Below are positions 35,010-48,797 of a DNA stretch of 64,000 nt, one piece after another. The notes beneath the pieces are model-generated. The model searched no databases. It was not told the DNA's origin and was given only the letters and a program-made list of their open reading frames with translations. Position 1 is the stretch's first letter, and every line of letters starts with the position of its first letter. Source of the stretch: Mobula hypostoma (lineage: Eukaryota); assembly GCF_963921235.1 (NCBI RefSeq), contig NC_086097.1, positions 77,750,001-77,814,000 of the forward strand. The letters run 5' to 3'. The position numbers and the translations under genes were made by a program.

Positions 35010-36090
35010 ATCCAATTTGCTCACTATCACAAAAGCAGCTGACACTTCATTGGCTCTTCATTCAAAGTCTGGATAGTGAAGATGCATACATCAGGATGTT
35101 CTTCGTTGATTACAGCTCTGCATTCAATACTATCATCCGCTCAAAACTAGTCAATAAACTGCAAGACCTAGGCCTCAACACCTTCTTCTGCAACTGCATC
35201 ACCAATTTTCTCACTTCGAATTGGCAACATCACTTCCACAATCACCATCAGCACAAGTGCACCACAAGGCTGTGCTTAGTCCCCTTCTCTACTCGCTTTG
35301 TATTTATGACCATGAGGCTAAACACAGCTCCAATGCCATATTTGTGTTTTCTGACACCACCACTGTTGTTGGTCAAATCAAAGGTGGTGACAAATCAGCA
35401 TGTAGGAGGGAGATTGAAAATCTGGCTGAATGGTGCCACAACCACAAACTCTCACTCAATGTCAGAAAAACCAAAGGACAGATTATTGAGTACAGGAGGA
35501 GGAAACAAGAGTCCATGAGCCAGTCCTCATCAGGAATCAGAGGTGGAGAGGGTCCAAAACTTTAAATTCCTTGCTGTTATCATTTCAGAGGATCTGTCGT
35601 GGGTCCAGCATGTAAGTGCCATTACAAAGAAGGCACTTTCTTAGAAGTTTGTGAAGATTCGGCATGTCGTCAAAAACTTTGACAGACTTCTATAGAAGTG
35701 CGGTAGAGGGTATGCTGACCAGTTGTATCATGGCCTGGTATGGAAACAGCAATGACTTTGAACAGAAAAGCCTGCAAAAGGTACTGGATACAGCCCAGTT
35801 GAACCCTCCCCACCAATGAGCACATCTACAAGGAGCACTGTTGCTGGAAATTAGCATTCATTATCAAAAACCCCCACCACTCAGGCCATAGTCTCTTCTC
35901 ACTGTTGCTGTCAGGAACGAGGTACAGGAGTCTCAGGATTCACACCACCAGGCTCAGAAACTTTTATTCCCCCTCAACCATCAGGCTCTTTAACCAGAGG
36001 GTTCACTTGACTTCACTCGTCCCAAAACTGAACTGATTCCCATTCTATGGACTCAATTTAGAGAACTCTTCAACTCATGTTCTCAATATT

Positions 36091-36123
<33 letters not shown>

Positions 36124-36322
36124 GTCTATATTTGCACAGTTTGTTGTGTTTTGCACATTAGTTGTTTGCCTGTCTATGTTGTGTGTGTGTGTCTGTATGG
36201 GTGTGTTTTCATTAATTATATTGTGTTTCTTTGAATTTACTGTGAATGCTGCAAGAAAATGAATCTCAGGTCAGCATATGGTGAGAGAATAAACTGAAGA
36301 ATAAACTGACTTTGAACTTTGA
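35010..36322 (+). mobile_element. Decayed Rex1/Babar LINE
   Basis: RMFFVDYSSAFNTI..KL.DLGL, VLSPLLYSL, LAEWC..LSLNV.KTK; (TTTGAAC) tail. Confidence 0.85.
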
Positions 36323-36714
36323 GTATTTTGTTTAGTCAATAACGTTACCAGAAAGGCAAGAAATCCTGCACACAAATACTTCAGACTCTTGCAAAGGGTT
36401 TCCTGCTCATTTCAGTGGGTTATACCATGATCTGAAAATTCTCTCTATAATTCCTGTTTAAAACTGGAGCTGAAGGACAATGGAAGATAAATATGCAGTG
36501 CCATGAAATAAATGAGAACACAATGTAACAATGAGATTGCAAGAGCACTGAAGCTGAAGAACTGTGTAAATAAATTACTTTAGATTAAGCTGAATTCACA
36601 CTTCCTGCATCTGTACCTTCATATATCATATATACATGATATATTTAAATGAAGAGCAGATTGTTGACATATGGAAGGGGTAGATGAGTGCTTGACTTCC
36701 TTATCAGATGACCA

Positions 36715-38330
36715 CAGTCAGTGCGGATCAGAAATAACATCTACTACTCGCTGAAAATCAACACCAGCACACCTCAAGAATGCTTTCTTAGCTCGCTGCT
36801 CTACTCTCTGTGCGGCTAGGCACAGCACAAACATCATCTATAAATTTACCAATGACGCAAATGCTATCAAAAAGATCTCAGAAGGTGACAAGGAGTCTCA
36901 CAGGAGTGAGATGAATCAACTGGTTGAATAGTGTTGCTACTAAAACCTAGCATTCATCGTCAGTAAGACCGAGGAATTGATTGTGGACTTCAAAAAGGAG
37001 AAGTTGAAGGGAACACACACCAGTCATCACAGTGGAAAGGGTGAGCAATTTCTATTTCCTAGGTGTCAATATCTCTGAAGATCTGTCCTAGGTCCAACCT
37101 ATTGATGCATGGCAATGGTTATACTTCATTAAGGGTCTGAGGAGATTAGGTATGTCACCAAAGAATCGAGCGAATTTCTCCAGATGTACCATGGGTAACA
37201 TTCTAACTGGTGGCATCACCATCTGGTTTGGAGGGGTTGCTGCACAGGATTGGAAAAATCTGCAGGAAGTTCAAGTTCAGCCTCCCCACCATCCAGGACT
37301 TCTTTAAAAGGTGATGCCTTAAAAAGGTGGCACCGATCATTAAGGACCCTGCTGCCCAGGACATCCTTTCTTTTCATTGCTCCCATCAGAGAGGAAGTAT
37401 AGGAGCCTGCTTTGGAGTGGATCCTCGATGCTCTAGGGACAGCTTCTTCCTCTCTACCATCAGATTTATGAATGGACAGTAAATGGATGAACTCCACCTC
37501 ATTATTTTTTCTTTTGTTTTCCACTACCTATTTACCTTTTTTAACATATATGTTTCTTGTTATAATTTATAGTATGTTTTATGTATTGCACTGTACTGTT
37601 TCTGCCAAACAACAAATTTCACAACATATGCTAGTGATAATAAACTTAATTCTAATTTGGTATTTGCCCCAATCTAAAGGAACTGGCAGCTTGATCGGTA
37701 ACTTTAAATTCCTGAGCAGTAACATATTGGATGAGCTTTCTTTGGCCCAGCACACAGAAGGTGCAACAGCATCTTTAGTTTCTTAAGAGGTTAAGGAGAT
37801 TTGGCTTGTTATCAAACAAACTTCAACGAATGTGCTGTTGAAAATATCCTGACTGGTTGCATCATTTTCTGGTATGGCAATTCAAAGGCACCGAAATGCA
37901 AGAGGCTGCAAAGAGCAGTGGACTCTGTCCAATACATCACAGACACATACCTTGCCACAACAAAGCAAAACCATCATCAAAGATCCCCCACCATCCAAGC
38001 CATGCTGCCTTCTTGCACCTACCATTGGGCAGCTGGTACAGAAGTCTGAAATATCACACCATCAGATTCAGGAACAGCTACTTGAATTCAACTATTTGGT
38101 TCTTGAACAAACCTGCACAGACCTAACCACTACCTTAGTACAGAAACACGATGTCCACTTCGACCACTCTGCACTAAAACAAACTATTTTCTGTTCTAAT
38201 TGCATTCTTCATTGTAACAATTGTGAACAATTTATGTTTAATTGATATTTTCTTGTAAATAGTGCTAATAGGATGCAATGTGCCTGTAATACTGCTGCAA
38301 ATAAGTATTTTTGCCCCTGTGGATACAATA
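36715..38330 (+). mobile_element. Two tandem decayed Rex1/Babar fragments (~36715-37655 and ~37700-38330)
   Basis: ELIVDFK, ENILTGCI..WYG, RLQRAV.S.Q.IT and GSWYRSLK motifs recur. Confidence 0.7.
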
Positions 38331-38742
38331 TAAAACGGTAAGAATCATGATAGAATATTCAGTGAAATATCTTATGAATTATATTAAACTAATTTTGGCT
38401 CAAAGAAGATAACTAACAGCAGATGAAGCAAAAAGAATTGCCCACTTTACATCCTCTCATAACAGTATTTTTGTTTTTGACTAAGAAAATGTGCATGTCA
38501 CACTTAAAGCTGCGTAGTAAGCTGGCTTTATGTTCCAAAACTGGTCACAAATCGATATGAAAAACTTATCAGTCATCATGAATCATTGACACAAGAGACT
38601 ACAGAAACTGGAATCTGGAGCCATGAACAATCTGCTGGAGTTCTGGTCTGTGGAAGGAATGTTCCGATGTAGGGTCATTGACCCAACTTTAAATCCTTTT
38701 CTGCTGCCTGATTTATTAACTGTCGCCAGCATTTCCTACACA

Positions 38743-39085
38743 TACATTCAGTAAATACTTAATTATGTACACCTGTTGATGCTTGTTAATGCAAATATTT
38801 AATGAGCCAATCATGTAGCAGCAACTCAATGCGTAAAAGCATGCAGATTTGGTTAAGGGGATCATTTGTTGTTCAGGTCAAACATCAGAAGGGGGAAGAA
38901 ATGTGATCTGAGTGACTTTGACTATGGAATGATTGCTGGTGCCAGGTGGGGAGCTATGAGTATCTCAGAAACTGAAGATTTCATGGGATTTTCATGCACA
39001 ACTGTTTCTAAAGTTTATAAAGAATGGTTAACCAGCATTACTGCAGAATAACTGCTGGTGCCAGACAGGATGGTTTGAATATCTA
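38743..39085 (+). mobile_element. Tc1-like remnant, same family as 13651-14182
   Basis: KKCDLSDFDYGMIAGAR..SISET..GFSCTTVSKVYKEW; decayed left TIR. Confidence 0.8.
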
Positions 39086-40394
39086 CCCTTTTATATTCTT
39101 GTCCTCTCCAAATGAATGCTAACATTGCCCTTGTCTTCCTTACCACTGATTCAACATGCAGATTAGCCTTTAGGGAATCCTGCACAAGGACTCCCAAATC
39201 CTTTTGCACTTCTGATTTTTGGATTTTCTCCCCATTTACAAAATAGCCTATGCCTTTATTCCTTCTATCAAAATGCTTGATCAAACATTTCCCTACACTT
39301 CATTCCAACTGCCACTTTTTTACCCATTCTCCCAATCGGTCCAAGTCCATCTGCAAACTCCCTATTTCCTCAACACTACCTGCTACTCCACCCATCTTTG
39401 TATTAAATGCAAACTTGGCCAGAAAGCCATCAATTCCATCATCCAAATCATTGACATAGAACTGAAAAGAAGCTCTCCCAATATCGACCCCTGTGGAACA
39501 CCACATGTCACTGGCAGCTAACCAGAAAAGGCCCCTTTATTCCCACTCGTTGCCTCCTGCCAATCAGCCAATCTTCTCTCTATCCAGATATCTTTCCTGT
39601 AATACATGAGTACTTATCTTGTTAAACAGTCTCATTAGCGGATGCTTGTCAAAGGCCTTTGAAAATCCAAGTAAGCAACATCCACTGACACTTCTTTATA
39701 TATCCTGCCTGCTTTTTCCTTAAAGAATTCCAATAGATTTGTCAGGCACGATTTCCCCTTAAGGAAACCATGCTGACTTTGGCCTATTTTATCATGTGCC
39801 TCCATGTACCCTGAAACCTCATCCTTAATAATCAACATCTTCCTGACCATTGATGTCAGGCTAATTGCCTATAATTTCCTTTCTTCTGCCTCCATCCCTC
39901 CTTAAAGAATGGAGCATATTTGTGAGTTTCCAGACCTCCGAGAACCATTTGACAATCCAGTGATTCTTGAAAGATCATTACTAATGCCTCCTGGTCTCTT
40001 CAGCTACCCCATTCAGAACCCTGATGTGTAGTCCATTCGGCTCTAGTGACTTATTTACCTTCAGACCTTTTAGCTTCTCAAGGACCTTCTCCTTAGTTAT
40101 AGCAATTACACTCACCTCTGCTCCCAGGCACTCTTGTATTTCTGGCCTACAGCAAGTGCTTTCTACAATGAAGACTGATGCAAAATACTTATCAAATTTT
40201 TTCACCATTCCTTTGTTTCTCATTACTAGACCTCCAGTGTCATTTTCCAATGGTCCATTATTCACTCTCACCTCTCTTTACTCTTTATATATCGGGAAAA
40301 AAACTTTTCGTATCCTCTTTGATATTTTAGGATAGCTTACTTTCATTTTTCATCTTTGGTTGCCTTCTGTTGGTTGTAAATGCTTCCCAATCCT

Positions 40395-41514
40395 AGTCAT
40401 AGTCATAGTCATACTTTATTGATCCCGGGGGAAATTGGTTTTCGTTACAGTTGTACCATAAATAATAAATAGTAATAAAACCATAAATAGTTAAATAGTA
40501 ATATGTAAATTATGCCAGGAAATAAGTCCAGGACCAGCCTATTGGCTCAGGGTTTCTGACCCTCCAAGGGAGAAGTTGTAAAGTTTGATGGCCACAGGCA
40601 GGAATGACTTCCTATGACACTCTGTGTTGCATCTCGGTGGAATGAGTCTCTGTCTGAATGTACTCCTGTGCCCAGCCAGTACATTATGTAGTGGATGGGA
40701 GACAGTGTCCAAGATGGCATGCAACTTGGACAGCATCTTCTTTTCAGACACCACCATCAGAAAGTCCAGTTCCATCCCCACAACATCACTGGCCTTATGA
40801 ATGAGTTTGTTGATTCTGTTGGTGTCTGCTACCCTCAGCCTGCTGCCCCAGCACACAACAGCAAACATGATAGCACTGGCCACCACCGACTCATAGAACA
40901 TCCTCAGCATCGTCTGGCAGATGTTAAAGGACCTCAGTCTCCTCAGGAAATAGAGACAGCTCTGACCCTTCTTGTAGACAGCCTCAGTGTTCTTTGACCA
41001 GACCAGTTTATTGTCAATTCGTATCCCCAGGTATTTGTAATCCTCCACCATGTCCACACTGATCCCCTGGATGGAAACAGCGGTCACTGGTACCTTGGCT
41101 CTCCTCAGGTCTACCACCAGCTCCTTAGTCTTTTTCACATTAAGGTGCAGATAATTCTGCTCACACCATGTGACAAAGTTTCCTACCGTAGCTCTGTACT
41201 CAGCCTCATCTCCCTTGCTGATGCATCCAACTATGGCAGAGTCATCAGAAAACTTGTGAAGATGACAGGACTCTGTGCAGTAGTTGAAGTCCGAGGTGTA
41301 AATGGTGAAGAGAAAGGGAGACAAGACAGTCCCCTGTGGAGCCCCAGTGCAGCTGATCACTCTGTCGGACACACAGTGTTGCAAGCACATGTACTGTGGT
41401 CTGCCAGTCAGGTAATCAAGAATCCATGATACCAGGGAAGCATCCACCTGCGTCGCTGTCAGCTTCTCCCCCAGCAGAGCAGGGTGGATGGTGTTGAACG
41501 CACTGGAGAAGTCA
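40395..41514 (-). mobile_element. 5'-truncated Rex1/Babar LINE with uninterrupted 302-aa RT C-terminal ORF (40539-41447)
   Basis: GAPQGTVLSPFLF, KFSDDS, LNVKKTKELVVD, YKYLG, LYFLRRLRSF, SFLPVAIKLYN; AATAAAG + (GACTAT)n tail. Confidence 0.95.
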
Positions 41515-42133
41515 AAAAACTTCCTCTAAATTTACAGAAAATTTTGGTATATTATATGCCCTTTCTTCTGCTTTAGTGTTTTCTTTGACTTCCTTTGTCA
41601 TACAGAGTTGCCTTAGAATACTTTGTATCTTTGAGATGCATCTAACCTGCATCTTCTGAACTGCCTTTGAAACTCTAGCCGTTGCTGTTCTGACATCATC
41701 CCTGCTAGTGTCCCTTTCCAATCAATTTTGGCCAGCCCTCTCTAACGCTTCTGTTATTCCCTTTACTCCACTGTAATACTGATTCATTTGACTTCATCTT
41801 TTCCCTCTCAAACTGCTGGGTGAATTCCATCATATTGTGATCACTTCCTCCCAAGGGTTCCTTTACCTTAAGCTCCCTAATCAAATCTGGTTCGTTATAC
41901 TATCCAGAATTGCCTTTCCCTAGTGGGTTCAATCACTAGCTGCTCTAAAAATCCATCTCATAGGTATTGAACAATTCTCTCCCACGGGATCCAGCAGCAA
42001 CCTAATTTTCCCAATTACCCGTATATTGAAATCTCCCATGACTGTCGTAACATTTCCATAATTACGTGCCTTTTCTATTTCCCATTTATATTTATATCCG
42101 ACATCCTGGCTACTACTTGGGGACCTGCATATA

Positions 42134-42543
42134 CAGTACTGTGCCAAAACCTTAGGTACATCTTTAAAGAATCTGTAAAGTGAAGATGCTTTCAAAAATA
42201 ATGAAATGAAAAGTTTCTAAATATCAAAAAAATACTATAGAGAGTAATAAATGGTAAAAAACTAAATCAAATCAATACTTGGTGTGACCTTTAAAACTGC
42301 ATCCATTCTCTTAGGTACACTGTCATGCAGTTTTATTAAAAAAAATCAGCTACTAGGTTGTTCCAAGTATCTTGGAGAACTTGCCACAGTTCTTCTGCAG
42401 ACTTTGGCTGTCTTGCTTGCTTGTGTTTCTCCAGATAATCCCAGACAACCTCGATGATGTTGAGATCAGGGCCCTGTGGAGGCCATACCATCTGAAACCA
42501 TATCAAATAAATCTAGGGTGCCTGAGATCTTTGCACAGTATTG
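42134..42543. mobile_element. Tc1-like MITE
   Basis: TA-flanked TIRs CAGTACTGTGCCAAAACCTTAGGTAC / GTGCCTGAGATCTTTGCACAGTATTG. Confidence 0.85.
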
Positions 42544-44389
42544 TAACTCTCATCAGGATCTTTTTTATACCTGTACATTCTTATTTCTGCCCACAAGGTA
42601 GAGACCCCATGTCTCCTCTTTCTAAGGATTTTACTTTATTTTTTACTAACAGAGCTCCCACCCCCTCTTCTTACCTGCCTGTCCTTTCAATACAAGGCAT
42701 ATCCTTGGATGTTAAGCTCCCAACTATTTCAGCCACATCTCAGTGATGCCCACAACATCATACATACCGATCTCTAATTGCACTAGAACATCATCTACCT
42801 TATTCTGTATACTGCATAGATTCAGATATAACACCTTCCCTTCAGTATTCATCACACTTTTCAATTTGACCCCCATTACACTTCAACTCAACCCACTGAC
42901 TGCAATTCTGCCCTGTCATCTGCCTGTCTAGCCTTAGTCTCACTACCAACTTCGCCGTCCTCAGCATTATCACTCTGGTCCCCATCCCCATGCCAATCTA
43001 GGCATTCTGATTACTGTATCCTGTGTTTAAGACATGAAAATACAAAGTTTATTCCTCTACACCAGAGATACAGGCTGCAAATTTCCTTTAGCTTTCTCCC
43101 AGCCATTTCATCAGAACCTATTCATGAGCACCTTTGAATCAGATTTTAACCTTCGAGTATCAGATCCTTCAGAAACTTTTCCATGCGACAATTACCTGTT
43201 GATGATCAGTGATCATTAGATCTTCTTTCAATAGTCAGATGTAAATAATAAATTTAATGTTCAAGCACCAGACACTCAGCTGTCCTGACACTTCCTGATG
43301 GGAATACAACATCAGGACATAGAAATCCAACTCTCAACCATTGACAAATAACAATCAGGCTGCATCCAGATTAGTGTGCCTTGCCCCATAGAAAGCACCA
43401 CAAAAGATTTGTAGCTTACCAGAACTAACTTCAATACAAAAAATACTTACCTGAATTCAGTTCTCTCCTTCACTCTCCATCCATCTTGTCTTTCCCTACC
43501 TTCTGCCTCACCCTGGATCCCGCCACAATATTGTAATCCAGCTTGTGTTTGAAATTCTACTTGCTTTCAACTTCTCCTGGGTAACACTGTGGGGAATTAA
43601 TCATATATTGTTAAAAAAATAGAACAGTAAACAGTCTGCCTGAAGAAGGAATTGTTGCCCCAAGTACATTTCCTATTTGGACTATTAATCTAGGAGATGA
43701 GGGAAACTTCGTGGCTTTCAATGAAAGCCAACAAACCCAGTCAAATGAAAAGAAAAATGTTTGCTCCATATTCCGCCAGTTATGTGAAAATTGCTTTGTT
43801 CCATTTTCTGGGTTTCCGGTTTAATTCAACATTGGCTGTGCATGACACCATATATCACAGTTTATGTATGTATAGAGTTTTTCTTCCCTCAGCTGTCTGG
43901 ATCATTTCCAAAGAGAGATTTCTTCAATTTAGGGAAATTAGCAAGGTTGAAAGCATTGCAGCCATGTTGTACTTTTTGCTGCAAAAATTCCATGAGGTTG
44001 ACAAGCTTGAGGGTCTACAGAAAAAGTTCAGGATTTATCCTCCCTAGTTTATGCAAAGTTCATGAGTTTATTTTCTTCTGAATATACAGTATTCATCCAA
44101 TATCTATGGAAAGAGAAACGAAATACACAGCAATTTTGAAAATTAAAAGGAGTGATTTGATTTGGGTCTTATTTTTGGAAGCAACGTGGTGTGTCTGCAA
44201 TTTCCACTTTGTAGTGGCTACTCTGTTCCTGCTGGTGACAGGGAGTATGGTTTGGGAGCAGCCAAAGAAATAAGAACAATGCCTTTGGGACCTCACTATT
44301 CTGTCAGTTAGAAAAAGAAAACTTCCATTGATGTAGTGCTGTTCATGAACTCAAGATGACCCCTGGATTTTTTAACCAATCTTATTTTT

Positions 44390-44640
44390 ATCGTAGAAAG
44401 GTAGCAATAATGAAAGCAGGCATATGTTCAGAAGTCCCCACCACTGGCAATATCTGTGTAACTTGTGAGCTGAGTGAGGATATATTTGGCCAGGATATGA
44501 GGAAGTAGACATTTGATCTTCTTTGAACTTGTGGCTTTGGATCCTTATTGCCCAATGGAGACCAGAGAAAACATGGATTTAACATCTCAAAAACAAAATG
44601 GGGCCACAGATCACAGCCCCAGTGAGACTTGTGTGGTCAA
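44390..44640 (-). mobile_element. Ancient DeuSINE-like (SacSINE1/AmnSINE-type) remnant
   Basis: Blocks GAGGATATATTTGGCCAGGA..TCTTCTTTGAA..GGATC..TTTAACATCTCA resemble the antisense Deu domain as I recall it. Confidence 0.45.
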
Positions 44641-45899
44641 CTCCCTGGGGCGAAAGCCAAACTTGCAACCATCTTATTCCCATTGCTCCCCATCAGCCTC
44701 AGTGATTGAGATGAACTTTCTAAAACGAAGTGCACAGGATCTTGGAAGCAAATAGATTCTTAAGTGAATATACCAACTGCTTTCAAATACTTCATAAAAA
44801 GAAAAGATTCTTAAATGCTCTTGACATGTTTTAGGAACTTATCATATCAAATCTACTGTGCCCTCTCAACGCCTTTAATCAAACACTTCTGACTTAGTTT
44901 TACAGAAAATCCATCTCCTCGCTGCTGCTTATTTTTAGTGTAAAGGCAGTTAATATGCTGATATTATTCTATCAAAGTGAAAGCCTCTGTTTTCCAAGTA
45001 GCAGTCTGCTAGCCTTCCCCACGTATTTTAAGCGGCAAGGGTAATTAGGCAATGTGAGTAGGCCCCAACTAGGCGCTGCGTTGTTCACATGAAAAGTCAG
45101 CCAGAGATTTACTTGTAGCTGTCCAACATTTATGATTATTTGCTTTCTTGGCTGCAAAGTACCAAAGAAGGAATCAATCCCATTTTTTCATATGAACAGC
45201 TTGAACAGATCTTCAGAAAAAAAGATCTTGGCAAACAGAAATCTCAATCCTTACTGTCTGGAACACAGAGTAACCCCTTTGGAGTTATAACCCATGAACT
45301 AGGGAACTATTCAAGCACTAGGCCCCTTCGTACAGACTAACCTATTGACCAAATTTATTTATTATTGAACAACAGCACCAGAAACATGTCAAAGTACTGC
45401 ACATCACAAAGAGTGATTTAGAGAAAGACATACAATTACGTAAAGAAGTTTCTCCTTTTTGGTTTTTCATAAATCTTTGGAAAGATTTAGTGCTAGAAAT
45501 TGAATATAATAGCTCAAATATTGTATAATAAATTGCAACTGTGGTATAATGGCTTGCATACTGGAGAGCTCTTGCTGACACTTGGCACACCAACCACCAA
45601 AGCACCCGTGACATGAATCAACCAGCAAAGCTCACTTAAAGCCATCTTGATGAAATTTTACCACGTATTCCTGATTAAAGGTCATCCAAGGGACTGAGAA
45701 TTTAACAATGGCTACGGCTTGTAGCTTTCTGGGGGTGGTGGTCACCTCTACATCTTTACAGTCACACAGAAGTGGTATTGTATTCAGTCATGCCAATGCT
45801 ATGAAAAACCTTTCCTTTATTAACTCTGCCCTGGGACTTTTGGTGGTGGTTCTGTGGACAGAAGTCTCAATTACACTTTCTCTATTTCCCCCTCATTTC

Positions 45900-46335
45900 C
45901 CTTCATCTTATCACCCCTGAGATTGAACAAATGTAGAAATCCCCTGTTACTTTCCTTCCACCCCATGACCTTTTGCATCTAATGCACTATTGTTTACAAT
46001 TCCCATCAACTTCTAAAATGTTCCTACCACACTTATTCCATCTTCCTTTCTCCTTTCTGCATTCCACAGTGAAATTCTCATTTTACAATTTCTTGGTCCA
46101 CTTCTTCATCCTCAACCACCACTCCCCATCCATTGCACCTTACCATACAACCAGAGGAAATGCAACATCTGTGTCTTCACCTTTTCCCTGCCTACCATCC
46201 AGGGGCCCTGAGCAATAATTCCAAATGCACTTCTTCCCATCTACTTCACTGCTTTCAGTGATCACAATGTAACCTCCCCTACACTGGAGAAATGAAACTT
46301 CAAAGTGATGATTGTTTTGCAGAGCCCTTCCATGT
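45900..46335 (+). mobile_element. Old Penelope GIY-YIG remnant
   Basis: Decayed TIQGP..FQ..LYTGE.K..DCFAE, colinear with 21225-21375. Confidence 0.6.
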
Positions 46336-47112
46336 CGGCATTGATACAGCTCACTAACAGCTTATGTCTATCAGTAGTACAGCTCACTTCTTGTTCCCCC
46401 TCTTATGAAATTCTTACATCGACAATAGACTCTGCACTTTGCAAACCCCTACGTTGACTACACTTTCCCCACCCTTGAATTTCCTCTTCTTTCTGGACAT
46501 GCCTGTAGTCCATCTCCCAAGCAACAAGACACCCATTCTGTTTCCATGTCCTGTTTTGAACTGTTGGGTTGCGTTGGTACGTGGGCGATATTAAATGAAT
46601 GGAAGTGCTGTTTTTGTTCTATCGAAACCAATTGAACATTCCCTGACACCATAAGCTGTCACAATGACATTCACAAGGAAGCTTTACAGTTCTGTTTTTA
46701 TGAACATTGTAGAGCAGGATGTCTGATATTTAATCTACTGATTAAATCAGTGAACCACACTATTATCATTAGCATTACTTGTAAATCCTTAGGCAAAGCT
46801 ACTTTCAGACTGCTTTGCTTTGATTGTTTTGAAAAAGAAAGAACAAAAGACAGCTTCATCATTAGACCCAAGAGTTATTCCAAAAACTTCAGTAACATTA
46901 ATATGAAGTTTTAATTACATCAACTATTGCACTCGCAATACATTAAATGAATTTGACTTCAATCCTATAATCATGCTTAATAAAATGAGACTGTACAGAT
47001 ATCAGCCAAGGAGTTCAACAGCTGTGTTACAGTTAGTTCTCAAGATGGATAATGCATCTGTCACAGAAGAATGTATCTTAAATGTTATTTCCTTAAGGGT
47101 TTAGTAATAGAG

Positions 47113-47255
47113 CCATCATCTTGGTTAAATGGTAGCACTCTCAACTTTCAGTTAGAAGTCTCACGCTCAAGCCTTGTTTTACAAAATATAATGCAGCATC
47201 TCAGTACTTAAAGAATACTATACCGTTAAGGACGTTGTCCTTTGAATGTGACCAC
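47113..47255 (+). mobile_element. Ancient DeuSINE-like 5' remnant
   Basis: TGGTAGCACTCTC..TCAGTTAGAAG..CTCAAG head followed by CAGTACT..GTCCTTTGAATG. Confidence 0.45.
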
Positions 47256-47399
47256 AATCAGGGACCACGTATGGCTGTTTACATACACTCAGGAGTTTGT
47301 CTTTGCTGCCATCTTGTGCCATGTGGCTTCCAGATCAGTTTTCAGGCCTCTCCGATCAGACTCACTGAGGATCCTAGGAACTCACATTCAATTGACCTT

Positions 47400-47692
47400 T
47401 CACTTCTTCTTACCTCCTATTACTTCCCCCTGAGGCCCCTCCTTCTTCCCTTTTTCCCTAGGTTCACTCTCCTTTCTTATCAGATTTTTCTGCTCCAGCC
47501 CTTGATGGTTCCCACCCACTTGGCTTCACCTTTCAGCTAGCCTCTTTCCCCTCCACCCACCTTTTTATTCAGGCATCTCCCCCTTTCCTCCTCATTCCTG
47601 ATAAAAGGTCTCAGTCCAAAACATCTACTGTTTACTCTTTTCCATGGATGCTGCCTGACCTGTTGAGTTCCTCCAGCATTTTGTGTGTGTTG
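47400..47692 (+). mobile_element. Penelope pLTR remnant with decayed hammerhead
   Basis: TCCTGATAAAAGGTCTCAGTCCAAAACATCTACTG..GATGCTGCCTGACCTGTTGAG. Confidence 0.8.
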
Positions 47693-48522
47693 TGAAAGAT
47701 AAATTATATATTTTTTCATTGCTGTGCCCATTTCCCTACTTAAAACTAGAGACTTCTTCAAATGCAAAGTCATGTCTGTAAACTTCTTCAGGTCAAATAG
47801 GTTAAATAAAAAGTGTGTTTTTCCAAACCAAACTAAAGTTTTAGTTAAACTGATGCTTGCCTGCCTGTCCCTATTGCGTGTTTTCTAATTCATACTTTGT
47901 TGTCTTGGAGTTTACTTGTTACACTTGCTTACTGCAATCAATCATTCTGTAGTGACGGGATAATGTCCTTCTAGTTAAAATATTTTCTTTCTGCTCATTC
48001 TCTAATCCAGTCTTTCTTTCCCTTATTTTCTTTATCTATTTAACATCTATTGATCTATTTCCTTCTCCACCATCCTTTATTCTCTTCCTCAACTCTTAAC
48101 ATTAACCTGAGTTATTTATACCTCAGACACTCTTTTTTTGCAGTCTGGGAGTGAGAGCACTAGCGTGAACAAGCCTGGCGGGGGAGATACAATGAATCTT
48201 CCTTTATCCTTAATCATTTTTGTTTGCAAGTTTGACTGGAAATTCTGCTTGGACATTGAATTACAGAAAAAAAAACTCCTGTGGCTGAAAAAGCAATTGT
48301 TAGCTAAGCCCACATGCGAAGGTCAGCAATCTGGTGAAATAATGGAAGACTGTGTAAAAGGTTAAGGATAGAAACCTGGGGAAATTAATAGAAACCGAGA
48401 AATACTTTGAATTATCAACTTTGAATATCAACTTAAAAAGAATCAGTTTAAAGTATAAAATAAAAGGAAACAGTTTTGCAATGAAAAAACAAAATAATAA
48501 TTTGGCTGCATTAAACAGCCAC

Positions 48523-48797
48523 GGGCAGCACGGTACCAAAGTGGTTAGGGCATGCTTTACAGTGCCAGTGATTACGGTTCAATACCCACCACTGTCTGTA
48601 AAGACGGTCTCCCACATTCCAGACATATGGGTTAGGGTTAGTAAGTTGTCGGCATGCTATGATGGTGTCAGAAGCATGGCGACATGTGCAGCCTGTCTCC
48701 AGTACATCCTCAGGCTGTGCTGCTCATTGGTGCAAATGACACACTTCGCTGTGTATTTTCACGTGACAATGTGCATTTGACAGATAAAACTAAACTC
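48523..48797 (+). mobile_element. tRNA-derived SINE remnant (V-SINE-like) with LINE-type tail
   Basis: GGCAGCACGGTA..AGTGGTTAG A-box region, GGTTCAATACC B box, CTCCCACATTCCA block. Confidence 0.65.

Larger units (their letters stand above)
39088..43000 (-). mobile_element. Long decayed CR1 LINE (endonuclease to RT) with Rex and Tc1 insertions
   Basis: VMGDFN (APE), YFASVF, SQHGFLKGKSCLTNLLEFF, YVNDLDDG motifs in order along the minus strand. Confidence 0.85.

Noticed and set aside
43697..44081. Short ORFs in unique DNA (also 52210-52610 and 30859-31149)
   Set aside because: No recognisable homology or convincing splice context; lengths are compatible with chance.
48629..48641. Telomeric repeat GGGTTAGGGTTAG
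   Set aside because: Only two units, inside a SINE body.
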